Origin: Macrostomum lignano
Taxonomy: Eukaryota
DNA length: 64,000 bases
Direction of reading: 5' to 3'
Assembly (NCBI GenBank): GCA_002269645.1
Contig: NIVC01001840.1
Location: 145,341 to 209,340, forward strand
The notes beneath the pieces were generated by a model that was not told the DNA's origin, did no database searches, and worked only from the letters and a program-made list of their open reading frames with translations. Shown here one piece after another: positions 1 through 24,083 of this stretch (positions within the stretch are counted from its first letter, which is position 1; every line of letters starts with the position of its first letter). The translations under genes and the position numbers were made by a program.

Positions 1-100
1 ACTAAAATTGCGTTTCCTTCCTTGGGGTTTGTGGCCTCAGGAGCGTATGGGGTTAAGAATAAATAGGCAAGTATTTAACTCGACGTACACAAGTGAACGC

Positions 101-1213
101 AAGACGGACGAAACTCAGCCTAGGGTGCAGGCCCACTCTAGCTCAGCCAATGAGAGAGCAATAAGGAGAGAGGTTAAATTCGGACGGACGAAACTCTGCC
201 TAGGGTGCAGGCCCAATCCAGCTCAGCCAATGAGAGAGCAGTAAGGAGAGAGGTTAAATTCGGACGGACGAAACTCTGCCTAGGGTGCAGGCCCAATCCA
301 GCTCAGCCAATGAGAGGGCAGTAAGGAGAGAGGTTAAATTCGGACGGACGAAACTCTGCCTAGGGTGCAGGCCCAATCCAGCTCAGCCAATGAGAGGGCA
401 GTAAGGAGAGAGGTTAAATTCGGACGGACGAAACTCTGCCTAGGGTGCAGGCCCAATCCAGCTCAGCCAATGAGAGGGCAGTAAGGAGAGAGGTTAAATT
501 CGGACGGACGAAACTCTGCCTAGGGTGCAGGCCCAATCCAGCTCAGCCAATGAGAGAGCAGTAAGGAGAGAGGTTAAATTCGGACGGACGAAACTCTGCC
601 TAGGGTGCAGGCCCAATCCAGCTCAGCCAATGAGAGGGCAGTAAGGAGAGAGGTTAAATTCGGACGGACGAAACTCTGCCTAGGGTGCAGGCCCAATCCA
701 GCTCAGCCAATGAGAGGGCAGTAAGGAGAGAGGTTAAATTCGGACGGACGAAACTCTGCCTAGGGTGCAGGCCCAATCCAGCTCAGCCAATGAGAGGGCA
801 GTAAGGAGAGAGGTTAAATTCGGACGGACGAAACTCTGCCTAGGGTGCAGGCCCAATCCAGCTCAGCCAATGAGAGAGCAGTAAGGAGAGAGGTTAAATT
901 CGGACGGACGAAACTCTGCCTAGGGTGCAGGCCCAATCCAGCTCAGCCAATGAGAGGGCAGTAAGGAGAGAGGTTAAATTCGGACGGACGAAACTCTGCC
1001 TAGGGTGCAGGCCCAATCCAGCTCAGCCAATGAGAGGGCAGTAAGGAGAGAGGTTAAATTCGGACGGACGAAACTCTGCCTAGGGTGCAGGCCCAATCCA
1101 GCTCAGCCAATGAGAGGGCAGTAAGGAGAGAGGTTAAATTCGGACGGACGAAACTCTGCCTAGGGTGCAGGCCCAATCCAGCTCAGCCAATGAGAGGGCA
1201 GTAAGGAGAGAGG
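101..1213. repeat. 80-bp tandem satellite, about 14 near-identical copies
   Basis: Unit cggacggacgaaactctgcctagggtgcaggcccaatccagctcagccaatgagag(a/g)gcagtaaggagagaggttaaatt recurs at 181, 261, 341 and onward. Essentially one variable position and no spacers. Confidence 0.97.
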
Positions 1214-1392
1214 TCAGAGTAAGACACAAACGGGCAAGAGGAAAGCCAAACTGTTTATAGGCCTTTAGCTGGGGGCTGGGCCGGTGCCACGCCTTTTCTC
1301 TCTTACTCACTATGCTTAAGTGTGGGAAAGGAGTTAATTAAACTGTTTCAATATTTATCTGAACATCCGTTATATAAGCTTAAACATGTTAA

Positions 1393-14788
<13,396 letters not shown>

Positions 14789-15789
14789 CGCAAAGTAGAT
14801 CGATAGTTTTCTTTCGTTAAGTCATTTAGACCGTTGTTTTATTATGATAAGCAGGTTGAAAATTAATTAAGTAGCACCAACTATTTTGCAAAGCCTAAAA
14901 TGGAACTGATTTTTCTGAACAGAAGATAAAAATAGAGGTCTAGGGCCTACTGTCAAGGATATCACAATCCAGAAGTAATACATGCCTTCTTAAAATTAAA
15001 TCGAAAGCATGAATTCTTATGTAAACTCTTTTTTTCTTAAACATTATTAAATTAATAAAATTTAAATGTAAAAAAAGATTTTAAAATGTCTTATAATTTG
15101 ATAAAAATCTACAAATAATTTGTATATACGAAAAATTTTAATTGTTTTTGTTTTACTCAAATAGTTGGCATCTCGGGATCCGTTTACGTTAAAAGCAGCC
15201 GTAAATAAAAGCTCGTTCACACCGCCGTCAAATTAATAACCATTACAAATCCCACAATTGATATGCAACGTGATGAAAAAGTATGACCACGCTAAAATTG
15301 GCCCCACTTGCTCACTCGATGGCCAGTGTGAACGATTGGGAGCTTGGGAGTTTTAATATATTATTATTCAATTAAGATACTCTACATGTATATTGGCTAT
15401 TAATTCGACACTATCAAATGTCAAAATGTCTTCGTGTGTTGATTGAGTTTGCTAGTTGGATATTTTTAAAATGCAACTTCAGTGTTTAATTGTGATAAAC
15501 ACTTTTACAATCTTAAGCCCGATTTTTGTGTCAATTTCGACAAAAAAGTCTACCAAATCACGTCTTACTGTGTCAGCAAAAGCTACATGTAGGCTCCGCT
15601 AATCTCTGAGTGCTATACACTTATACTCAGCAACATTGAAAAGTCGCCACTCTATGTATGCGCAAGTGAGCAACTTCTCTTGGACTATTCTGAAATAAAA
15701 AGATACGAGAAAACTGAAGCGTAGCGCTTTAATCCGCCCAACCCTTAATTGCCACACCGCTCCCCCACTTCATTCCTCAACTCAAGTTT

Positions 15790-15815
15790 GCCGCGGCGAA
15801 CTACATGTAAGTTGC

Positions 15816-15904
<89 letters not shown>

Positions 15905-16380
15905 ACCGTCTTTTCGAGATTTTTTTAAGAACCGTCTGGCCGATTTTTTTCAAATTAGCTTTGCAAATTGTTATTCATCGGAGATAAAGCATAACTTTTT
16001 TGATGGAAAATTCAAATTAGAAGTGAGTCGAATATTAAAAAAAATATTTTTCAATGCTCTCAATGTTTGAATTTTGAATTTGAATGCCCATCAAGGGGGC
16101 TAATAGCTATAGAGTGCATATACAAGTATAACATTTCAAACGATGAAAAATTCGAATTGGAAGTGGGTCAAATATCGAAAAAAACTGCTTTTTAATGCTT
16201 TTAATGATTTAATTTTGAATTTGAATGCCCTCCATGGAGGGGCCTTAATGCTCTATTGTTAATTCTATTAAGGGCCAACCCCCAAGGCACAGTGAAGTGT
16301 ACATGCCTAACGATAAATAAAGCATTTGTCGCAGAACAGACACTGAAGCAACTGTCTGTAGAAAAATATTTTTAAAGCAA
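15790..16380 (+). mobile_element. Putative non-autonomous Helitron/Helentron-like element (Lep1/HINE-type) with internal (TCTG)n
   Basis: (tctg)n at 15808-15903 is followed by gaaccgtctggccgatttttttcaaatt, a layout typical of microsatellite-bearing non-autonomous Helitrons. A terminal hairpin cagaca...tgtctg lies at ~16336-16357. Boundaries are uncertain. Confidence 0.4.
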
Positions 16381-17559
16381 CCTGCCTCTCCGGTTATAAA
16401 AGATATTACTGAACCGGTCTGCATTAATTTTATTAGAATAATCCTTACGCACTACTGTTACTAGAAATGCAAATAAATGCTTAAAAGTAACTTCATGAGT
16501 AAACATCTTTCAAAGTGAAACTTATACAGCTTATACAAATTTCTTTCAGCAACGTATATACAACGATGCTAAGTATAAAAAACCCCAGGGAATGCACAGC
16601 CACTGAGGTACTTGTAAGGGGTTGGGTTAAGCTTACAGTATGCAAGGATGTTTTCTTGTAGGTGAAAAACCGTCTCATTAAGCCTTGGTGCGCTCGTAAG
16701 TTTAATTGAAATCTGACCTCGCAAAACCAACCACTTCAGAATGGAATTATGTACAACAAATAACGATGCGATATGAAACTGCGACTATAGTCAATAGCTT
16801 TTGAAGCAGCTAGCAATTCATAGCTATCAAAAGCCTTTCGGTCTCAGAGCCAGAGGTCCCGCATTGATTGTTGCGCCCTGCATGGAATATGCCAGCAACA
16901 ATTTCCTCATTTTGCTCGTTCTATCAACAAGGACTACTTAAGTAGATATATACGTTACTTAAGTCGTCTTTGTCTATCAACTAGCTGCTATCAAACGGCT
17001 ATTCCTCTCCTCTCTTACTGTCGCAGCTCGACGTCCCCTCTCTACCCTCCGTTTTAAGTTGTTAGGGGCAGCGCAGCAAAAACGGCATCACCAGTTTCAC
17101 TCCACAGCGGGCTTCACAAGCCCTGGCCCTCATCCAGCCATCATCAATCTGCTGCTGCATGGACGGACCATGGAGGAAAGAATAGGAGGGACACGGAGGG
17201 AAGATCTGGGTATGGCGAGGAGGGCGGGAAAATCAGAGAAGACCAGAGCTTTTGGGAACTTCAAAAATTGGGGTACCCATATTTGTCTATTGGAGTAGGG
17301 GGGGGGGGGGAGCACGGCCCCCCGTTGCCCCACCCTGACCCCATCCTACGAGCCAACTTTCTGAACGAAAAGCTTTATGAACATTAATAGACCCATAAGA
17401 AAGGCACAACATATCAAAAGACGAACATTGAGTCTGCATCCTCTCGAAAGCAAAAACATTTCTTGTGCTGAAAAATGAAAACTTCCTATCTCCGTCGCGT
17501 ATTATTCGGCGATAGCCAGCCTTCTTAACGTTTTCTAAGAAACGTAGATTCCCAGTCAG

Positions 17560-18348
17560 CTAAGTATGCTTCTTCACAAATTGGAATTTAGTGTAGAAAT
17601 GCAGCGGAATCTCGTGCGTCTTCGCCAGCCCAGGCACTCGGTGGTCCCCGCCAGGGTGTTGTTCCAGAACCGCTCGACCATGCACTGCAGTGCCAGCCGT
17701 TGGAAATTATAGTAGAACTTGTTGACAAAGAACTCCAGCCTCTCATTCATAGCCGGCAGGTCTTTGATGCCCCAGATGCAGATCTGGCGCATAGCTTTGC
17801 CGGAGAGGCAGGTATAGCCGAACACGCCGAACAGCCAGTTCTTGTAGCGATTGAGAAACGGCTGCTTTACGTTGTCCGTCTTTAGGCCGGTCAGGTCTGC
17901 GCCAGGCACTTTGAGCACGTCCGGGTTGTGATTCAGCGAGGCAAATAAGGTCTCATCCGGGCACGGCCAGCTGCCGTGTTTTCTCAGGTGCTCAATGATC
18001 TGCCGCCCAACGCTCGAGAATACGTACTCTACGAATCCTCTGGTGGCGGTGATGTGCACCGAGCTTTTGTACCACTGGATCTCTTTCTTACTGCCGTCGG
18101 GCAGTTGAACCGAAGGCTGCGGCGTTCCTCTGTGCGTGCCGGCGTTCTCCAGGTTGTTTGCTCCGTTCAACGATTTGAGAATTCTAATGAGTTCGCGCAT
18201 AGTGCGCAGCGGGTACTCCTGGCCTACCAGGTTGATGAAGTAACGCCATTTTTTGCTCATCTCCAGCAGGCGCTTCATGCAGTACAGGTCGGCCTTTAGC
18301 ACCGTGAACGTTCCCCACAGAGTATTCAATAATGGAAGAGTTTCAAAA
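17560..18348 (-). pseudogene. GT14 core-2/I-branching beta-1,6-N-acetylglucosaminyltransferase, C-terminal ~2/3 only, with a frameshift near the end
   Basis: WGTFTVLKADLYCM, WRYFINLVGQEYPL, CPDETLFASLN, RQICIWGIKDLP and FFVNKF are Branch-family motifs. After FWNNTLA, a -1 shift at the C-run 17646-17649 gives the family-like ending GDHRV...LHFYTKFQFVKKHT* (stop 17560). No N-terminal/TM exon was found in the window. Confidence 0.8.
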
Positions 18349-18539
18349 CTTTAAAGTATTTTCTACTGTTTTTAGCTGTTTTTACTGTCTATATCAGTTT
18401 TAGAGCAACTACCCTATTATTACTACTTCTAGGGAAGAGTTTGAAAATTTTATGTCGGCTTGATGCTTCGAAATGTTTATTTTTTTGTCTTATCTATCGG
18501 TAATTCGAAAAATAGTTGAGCGCGCCCAGCGACAATTAA

Positions 18540-19262
18540 CTGGACAAGCTAGTTGCTGTTGCAGCGAGTGTCGGCCTAGTGGTCAACACGCATAAGACCG
18601 TCGTGCGCTGCGTGCCGGACGACATCGAGGCTGCGATTTTGTGCGGAGGCGCTGGTGGACAGGCGACAGAGCTTCCGCGTTGTCAGCAGTTTGTTTACCT
18701 TGGCGGTCTGGTTCCCGGCGTCCGCGAGGATTTGCGGCGTCGCCGCGGGCTTTCCTGGGCTGCCTTTCGTTCTGTGAGGGCCGTCCTGCAGTCCGAGGCC
18801 TTACCCGACCGCCAGAGGGCGGCGTTGTTCCAGGCCGTGATCGAGACCGTCCTGCTGTACAACGCCGAGACCTGGACGCTGACGGAGTCACTCGAGAAAC
18901 AAGTTGACGCGGCGCATGCTGGCCTGCTGGCTCAAGATCGGCTACGAGCGAGTGACCAAAGCGGCTTTGTATCACCGCGCGCCGGCCTGGTCCGTCCAAG
19001 AGACCTGTTGCGCCGTCGTTGACTCCAGCTGGCAGGCCACATCATCTGCGCCGAGTCGTACTGCCCACAGCCGGTGCAGGAGGTGCTGCTGCTATCGCTG
19101 CAGGCACCCTACCGGTGGGGGCAGACCCGCACTCGGCGTTTCGTCGACTGCCTGCTGGCTGAAGCCTGGCGCCTTGGATTCGGCCGGCGGCGTGGCGTTC
19201 CTTTACAACCTTGCCCTGAGACGCGCCCTGTGACGCTGAACGCGTATTCTGTTGTTGTTGTT
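18540..19262 (+). mobile_element. 5'-truncated RTE-clade LINE fragment (RT C-terminal region), frameshifted
   Basis: GLVVNTHKT...FVYLG...RRGLSWAAF...LLYNAETWTLT is the typical RTE RT tail. It ends in a short (gtt)n tail at ~19248-19262. Confidence 0.85.
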
Positions 19263-19279
19263 ATGCTTCTGGTACTCTT

Positions 19280-20200
19280 ATTATAGAGAAAAAACATAAG
19301 CAGCTTTCATTCCATAGCGATGTCTGAACTCCGACACGAGGGCCTTCTTCTTAAGCTCAAAGACTCGAGTCAGGACGATCCTCTGGACGCTGTCCAGGCG
19401 TCAGTTCAGCGGTGATCTCTGGTCACTTCGGGTTGCAAGTCGCCGTCACTAACATATCCGGCTTGCCGAACTTTTAAACGTACGTCATGGCGTCCTGGAG
19501 ACGCTCCATCAGATATCGCGGTCCGCGGTATCCTGTTGGTCGGTTCGTATCATGATCTTGCTGGCGCAATACTTCATGGGAGACAGTTTGCGGCCATTGG
19601 TCATGCAAAGCTCGGGATGCCAGCCGCTCTCTCTGTTCGGAAACAGAAACACGGTCGAGTACTCCAGCGGATCGTATGTTCTGTGCGTCTCAGAAATGCT
19701 TCACCTTCACGCAGTTGGATGACTAAATGTCGCAGCTGTTCGGTGCTAGCTCAGCATCCCCTGCAACAAGGATTCCCACCTCGTTCGCCGTGGGCAGATT
19801 GTACCGCCTGAATGTGAGCAGAAATGGTGTTTAAATTACAAAGTGTAATTTAACGTACTAAGTGTATTTTAATGTTACAGAAATAATAAATTTTTGAATA
19901 ATAAGACTATACGAAATTATCTATGCTTGAAGAATGCAGCTTACCGAATGTATTCACCAGCCGGGCGTCGATCTGGGTGAATCACGATACGAGCATCTCA
20001 CAGCTGAGGATCTTTGCTGATTCGCTGCGATACAGCCAGCAGACTCCGCCCATACGAATTGCACTCGTGAAGCAATTCTTGCAGCAACTGCAGAAGCTCA
20101 GGCTTCATCTTTTAGCTGAGGCTGAGGCGGCTTTCGAGCTCGCGATCCAAAAAGTACACCTGCCAGCCCTTAGGAGTACTGGAAGCATTAGCCATGAGCG
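19280..20200 (-). mobile_element. Decayed Helitron Rep fragment containing a spliceosomal intron (19808-19944)
   Basis: Minus-strand translation: QVYFLD...LQELLHECNSY...IVIHPDRRPAGEYIR|RYNLPTANEVGILVAG...GPRYLMERLQDAMTYV*KFGKPDMLVTATCNPK*PEITAELTPGQRPEDRPD...RVFELKKKAL. This matches the Helitron Rep N-terminal and HUH motif-1 region, with several stops and frameshifts. Confidence 0.88.
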
Positions 20201-20221
20201 GCTAGGTAGATACTTTTCATT

Positions 20222-20732
20222 TTACAGCACAAAAATTGTCATTGCTTTCGATAGGAGGCAGACCTATAGTGCATGTTCAAATTTTTATATGTTGTGTATT
20301 TCTTATAGCTCTATTGATGAAAGCTTTTCTTTTGAAAAATTAGGTTTCTATGTTAATTTTTTATTCTACGCTCGTACGTACAATTGTACAAGTCCTGTGA
20401 CTAAAAACCATTAAAATGGCACGGCTCGGCTCATTGGTTTTATGAATCTATTTTATCATTCTTAGCTTGACTGTGTAACAATATGTGTAACAGTCAAGAT
20501 CCATAAGATGGTTATGGTAAAATAGATCCATAAAATCAAGAGTAGAGCTGTGCCATGCATTTTTATGATTTGTAGGTACAGGAAATGTAGGTAGAATAAA
20601 CAATCGCATAGAATTCTAATCTTCTCTACGCAAAGCTTTTTATGAATATCAATAGAACAATAAACGCCCAACATATCGAAAGATGAACATTGAGTCTGCC
20701 TCCTATCGAAAGAAATGAATTTTTTTGTGCTA
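20222..20732. mobile_element. Foldback/MITE-like element with ~140-bp imperfect inverted arms
   Basis: 20222-20360 (cagcacaaaaattgtcattgctttcgataggaggcagac...) is the reverse complement of 20590-20732 (...gagtctgcctcctatcgaaagaaatgaatttttttgtgctag). A third arm lies at ~17360-17475. Confidence 0.7.
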
Positions 20733-20804
20733 GTCCATAAATCGAGAGGCAAAGTCCAGGGACGGATTGATAGCGACGTACAGTTAAAATTACAGAATGT
20801 ACAG

Positions 20805-21415
20805 TCAGTGCCCCCTCCCTAAAAACACACGGAGAACATGGCCCGCGCCACTGCGTTGGAGTTGAGTGTTGAGGCTGGGGGAGTGCGCTTTAATGTACAA
20901 CGCTGCTTCAAGTATCTGCAGTTTGGAGTCAAATGAGCATTGGTCAATGACTTTGAAGCGCTCTTCGGGTTTGCAGTTGGAGCAACTATTCCACTCTAAG
21001 AAATGGTTTTGGATACCCGACGGTTTCAGCCAGTGCTCCCTGATTCTAGTGTGCAGGTGCCTTTTAGTTTTCCCCACGTATAGGAGACGCTCTGGTCATC
21101 AGAGCAGTTGAATTGATAAACGACACCAGCACGAAGAGCTGGTTTAACACGTGACTTCAACCAACCGACAAAGTTGCCAACCTTAGCAGAACAAAAGATG
21201 ACGCGGATGTTGCAACTAAGCGAGTTGCGGAACAATTTGCAGATTTTATTTTTGAAAAGTTGAGAAGGATAGCCAAAGAGAGGGAGGACAAGAGTTGGTT
21301 CGATGAGATCGATGGGATCGGCTTTAGCGCTAGGCTGATTGACAATTTTCTCAGAGACGAATTTGTGAATGCGAGTATGGATAAACGCACGAGGATAACC
21401 ATTTTGCTGAAACAT
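20805..21415 (-). mobile_element. 5'-truncated Penelope-like retroelement: RT thumb end plus GIY-YIG endonuclease, one frameshift near 21080
   Basis: FQQNGYPRAFI...VLPLFG...GVVYQFNC...SY / GKTKRHLHTRIREH...LQILEAALYIKAHSPSLN, the hallmark PLE GIY-YIG with conserved Cys/His. Confidence 0.9.
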
Positions 21416-21488
21416 TTCAACAAATATGTACTTAATTATTGATTAAATTTACACCAAAAATTTCGTATTTATTCACTTCCGATCTCTA

Positions 21489-21521
21489 CTAGAAGATGCA
21501 CACTGTTGTGCGAAACGCGTC
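21489..21521 (+). ncRNA. Degenerate minimal hammerhead-ribozyme-like motif (Penelope type)
   Basis: ctagaaga-t-gcaca-ctgt-tgtgc-gaaac-gc-gtc: stem II of 5 bp, GAAAC box, palindromic stem III ACGCGU and GUC site. The CUGANGA box has an extra A and stem I pairs poorly. Confidence 0.5.
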
Positions 21522-22723
21522 GTTTAACTAAATTAATGTTTATTTTCGCTTCTGTATTCATCTTACTTTGATAAATTCTAAATCGACGCTTAATGCTTAT
21601 GGTATACACTACGAGTATATACACAGGTAAAGGTAACAAGCTACACTGTATTAAAGGCACGATGTAATTTTTACTGTCGTAAAAATGTCATTGAGACCAA
21701 TTACTTGTACTTGACTAGCCATTGTAGGCATTTGTAATCTTCACACCAAAAGTAACTATTCTAAATTTAGCATCAACTTTTGTTATATTTTTTCAACTTT
21801 AAATTTTATTCAGAAGTGTCATAAATGTACGATTATTAACTTGAGCTTGTCGCGATTGTGAATTTGCATTGCTACGTCCTACGTAGAAGTACATGTAAGG
21901 ATGCATGGAGAACCATTAGGGTTGTTAATCTGGGAGAGTTGTCTGGGGGAGTTTAGTTTTTTAGTCGTGGCTTTTAGCTACATGTAGTCACCGCGTTTTA
22001 GGCTCAAAGTTTATTATAGTTTAAAAAAAATGCTGTTTATGTCAGTCCCATTCTACACTATTAATCACTAGTTGAGTTCGTGCCAATTTACATGATTAGC
22101 CAGTCGGGCGCTGGGCTGTGCGAGCATTTGAACTTGCCACATTCACATCGCTTTTTCTTCTATTGCTCTCGAGTCTCGGATATCTACCATCCATATAAAA
22201 ATGATATACAGATCCTTAGCCAGACTTCTGGATAAAATCACAAGTATTCCTCACTGACAACGGCCAACAGCAAAGTTTCTAAGCTAAATCACAGCTTAGA
22301 AAAGCAGCTAAAACAAGTACAACAAAGCAGCAAAGCAACAAAAAATGATGTAAGTTTTTTAGCGCCAGGTGCCATTCCAAGCAAAACTGATACCAAAAGC
22401 CTGGATCGATCGATCTTAAGCAACAATATCCATGCTATTCACCAAACTTTTAGATAATCGTGAGGACTTTTTGATAAATCCGACTGGTCGCTCTGGTAAG
22501 ATGTAAGATGTAATGGCAAGGGCCATCTCCAACCAAGTGCTAGAAACTTTAAAATAACCTTTTTATGCTTTGTAGACAGATCGAACAACTTTACCTCCAG
22601 AACTTTCTGTCCACTGTTTGACATTACCGGAAGAAGCTAAGTTAAAACAGGGCTTGTCCTAAATCGCCCTGCTTCTTGCAATCGTTGACTGCAATCAACT
22701 CTGAGCGGCCAAGAGCTATCAAT

Positions 22724-22726
22724 AGC

Positions 22727-22806
<80 letters not shown>

Positions 22807-23598
22807 CTACACCGATGGCTCGGCCATCGGAGGGGTCGAAAACGGCGGAGCCGCTTGGATCCTCCTCGACCATGATGGCACTAGCCGTCGCCGCGGGCAC
22901 GCAGCAGCTGGTCGCTGGTGCAACTCTTACGAAGCCGAATTAATGGCCATCAAGCTCGCCCTGGAAGACATTATCAGCTCCGAACCGCGCCATGCCGTCA
23001 TACTGACCGACAGCCAGAGCGCCATCGCCGCCATCAAAGCTGACCGTCCAACCCTCAACCTGCGGCTTGAGCAAGTTAAAGATCTCCTCGCTAACGCAGC
23101 CATGCACACGAAGATCGCCCTGCAATGGGCTCCGGGACATTCGGGAGTGCCCGGTAACGAACTGGTCGACGCAGAGGCCAAGTTCGCGGCCACTCTGCCT
23201 CAAGACGAGTCCGAAATTTCCCTTGCAGCTGCTAAAGAGCGCATCCGCCATCATCTCAAGTACCGCCCAACCCTTCAGGGGCACTTAGCCGAGGTCTATG
23301 GTAAAAAGATCTCCTTCCATCAGGGACCGCGTCGCCAACAAATCCTCGTGGCGCAGGTCAGAGCAGGCCACTGCCCTGTCTCCAACTATTACCGCAACCG
23401 CACCGACATCACCGAAGGCGGCCCCTGCCGACTTTGCCTGGATGTTCCGGACCAATTCCACCTCTGGACCTGCCCCAAGCTCGAAGCTAATCGGCGCAAC
23501 ATCGGCGTCACTAGTCTGAGTGACTTTGCACGTGGTGACTTGGTGGCGCAGCTCCTGGGAGCCGTCGACTGGCGGCCCCTGTGAGTTGCTCACCGCAG

Positions 23599-23678
<80 letters not shown>
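22724..23678 (+). mobile_element. 5'-truncated RNase H-bearing LINE (I-group) fragment: RNase H plus C-terminal CCHC-like region, flanked by (AAC)n on both sides
   Basis: YTDGS...SYEAELMAI...ILTDSQSA...LQWAPGHSGVPGNELVDAEAK, then QVRAGHC and CRLC...HLWTCP; stop at 23584. (AAC)n at 22724-22806 and 23598-23678. Confidence 0.9.
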
Positions 23679-23679
<1 letters not shown>

Positions 23680-24083
23680 CGGTTAAGCGATCTCCCGCCA
23701 CTAACTACGTACGCGTACATACACAAACATTAGGGAAGTGGCTAGTTTAGCTGAAAGGGTAAAGTATGAGGATTAGAGTGGGAGCGACTACTGGATGGAA
23801 AGCGAATAAATGTTGGTGAATAGGAGGTTGATAGTTGTTCAGAGAATCCAATACTTAAACAAACAAAAAACCCGGATGTAGTCTTGAAGTTCTGGCAGTG
23901 GTACGATACTAAGTAGAAGGTAAACAATGGTAGCCGATAGCAACAAAAAATACACTGAATCAGATCAAAGTCTCCCAAGGAGCTTCTCAAGGCCTGCAGT
24001 TGACGAAACGCCGAGTACGGAATTACGAGCTATATGCATAGCCTCTCCAGTAGGATGTTTGTCTGTGTCCAGTTTTAATAAAG

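Noticed and set aside
101-1213. CRISPR-like regular repeat arrays (also 7361-7770, 29885-30186)
   Set aside because: Units are head-to-tail with no unique spacers, there are no cas genes, and the context is eukaryotic introns.
16493-16678. 61-aa ORF with a hydrophobic stretch as the missing GT14 signal anchor
   Set aside because: It lies downstream of the GT14 fragment on the minus strand, so it cannot be its N-terminus; no other support.
22200-22650. Exon-like pieces with gtaag donors upstream of the RNase H fragment
   Set aside because: I could not build a phase-consistent stop-free chain, or an in-frame splice into the RNase H ORF.
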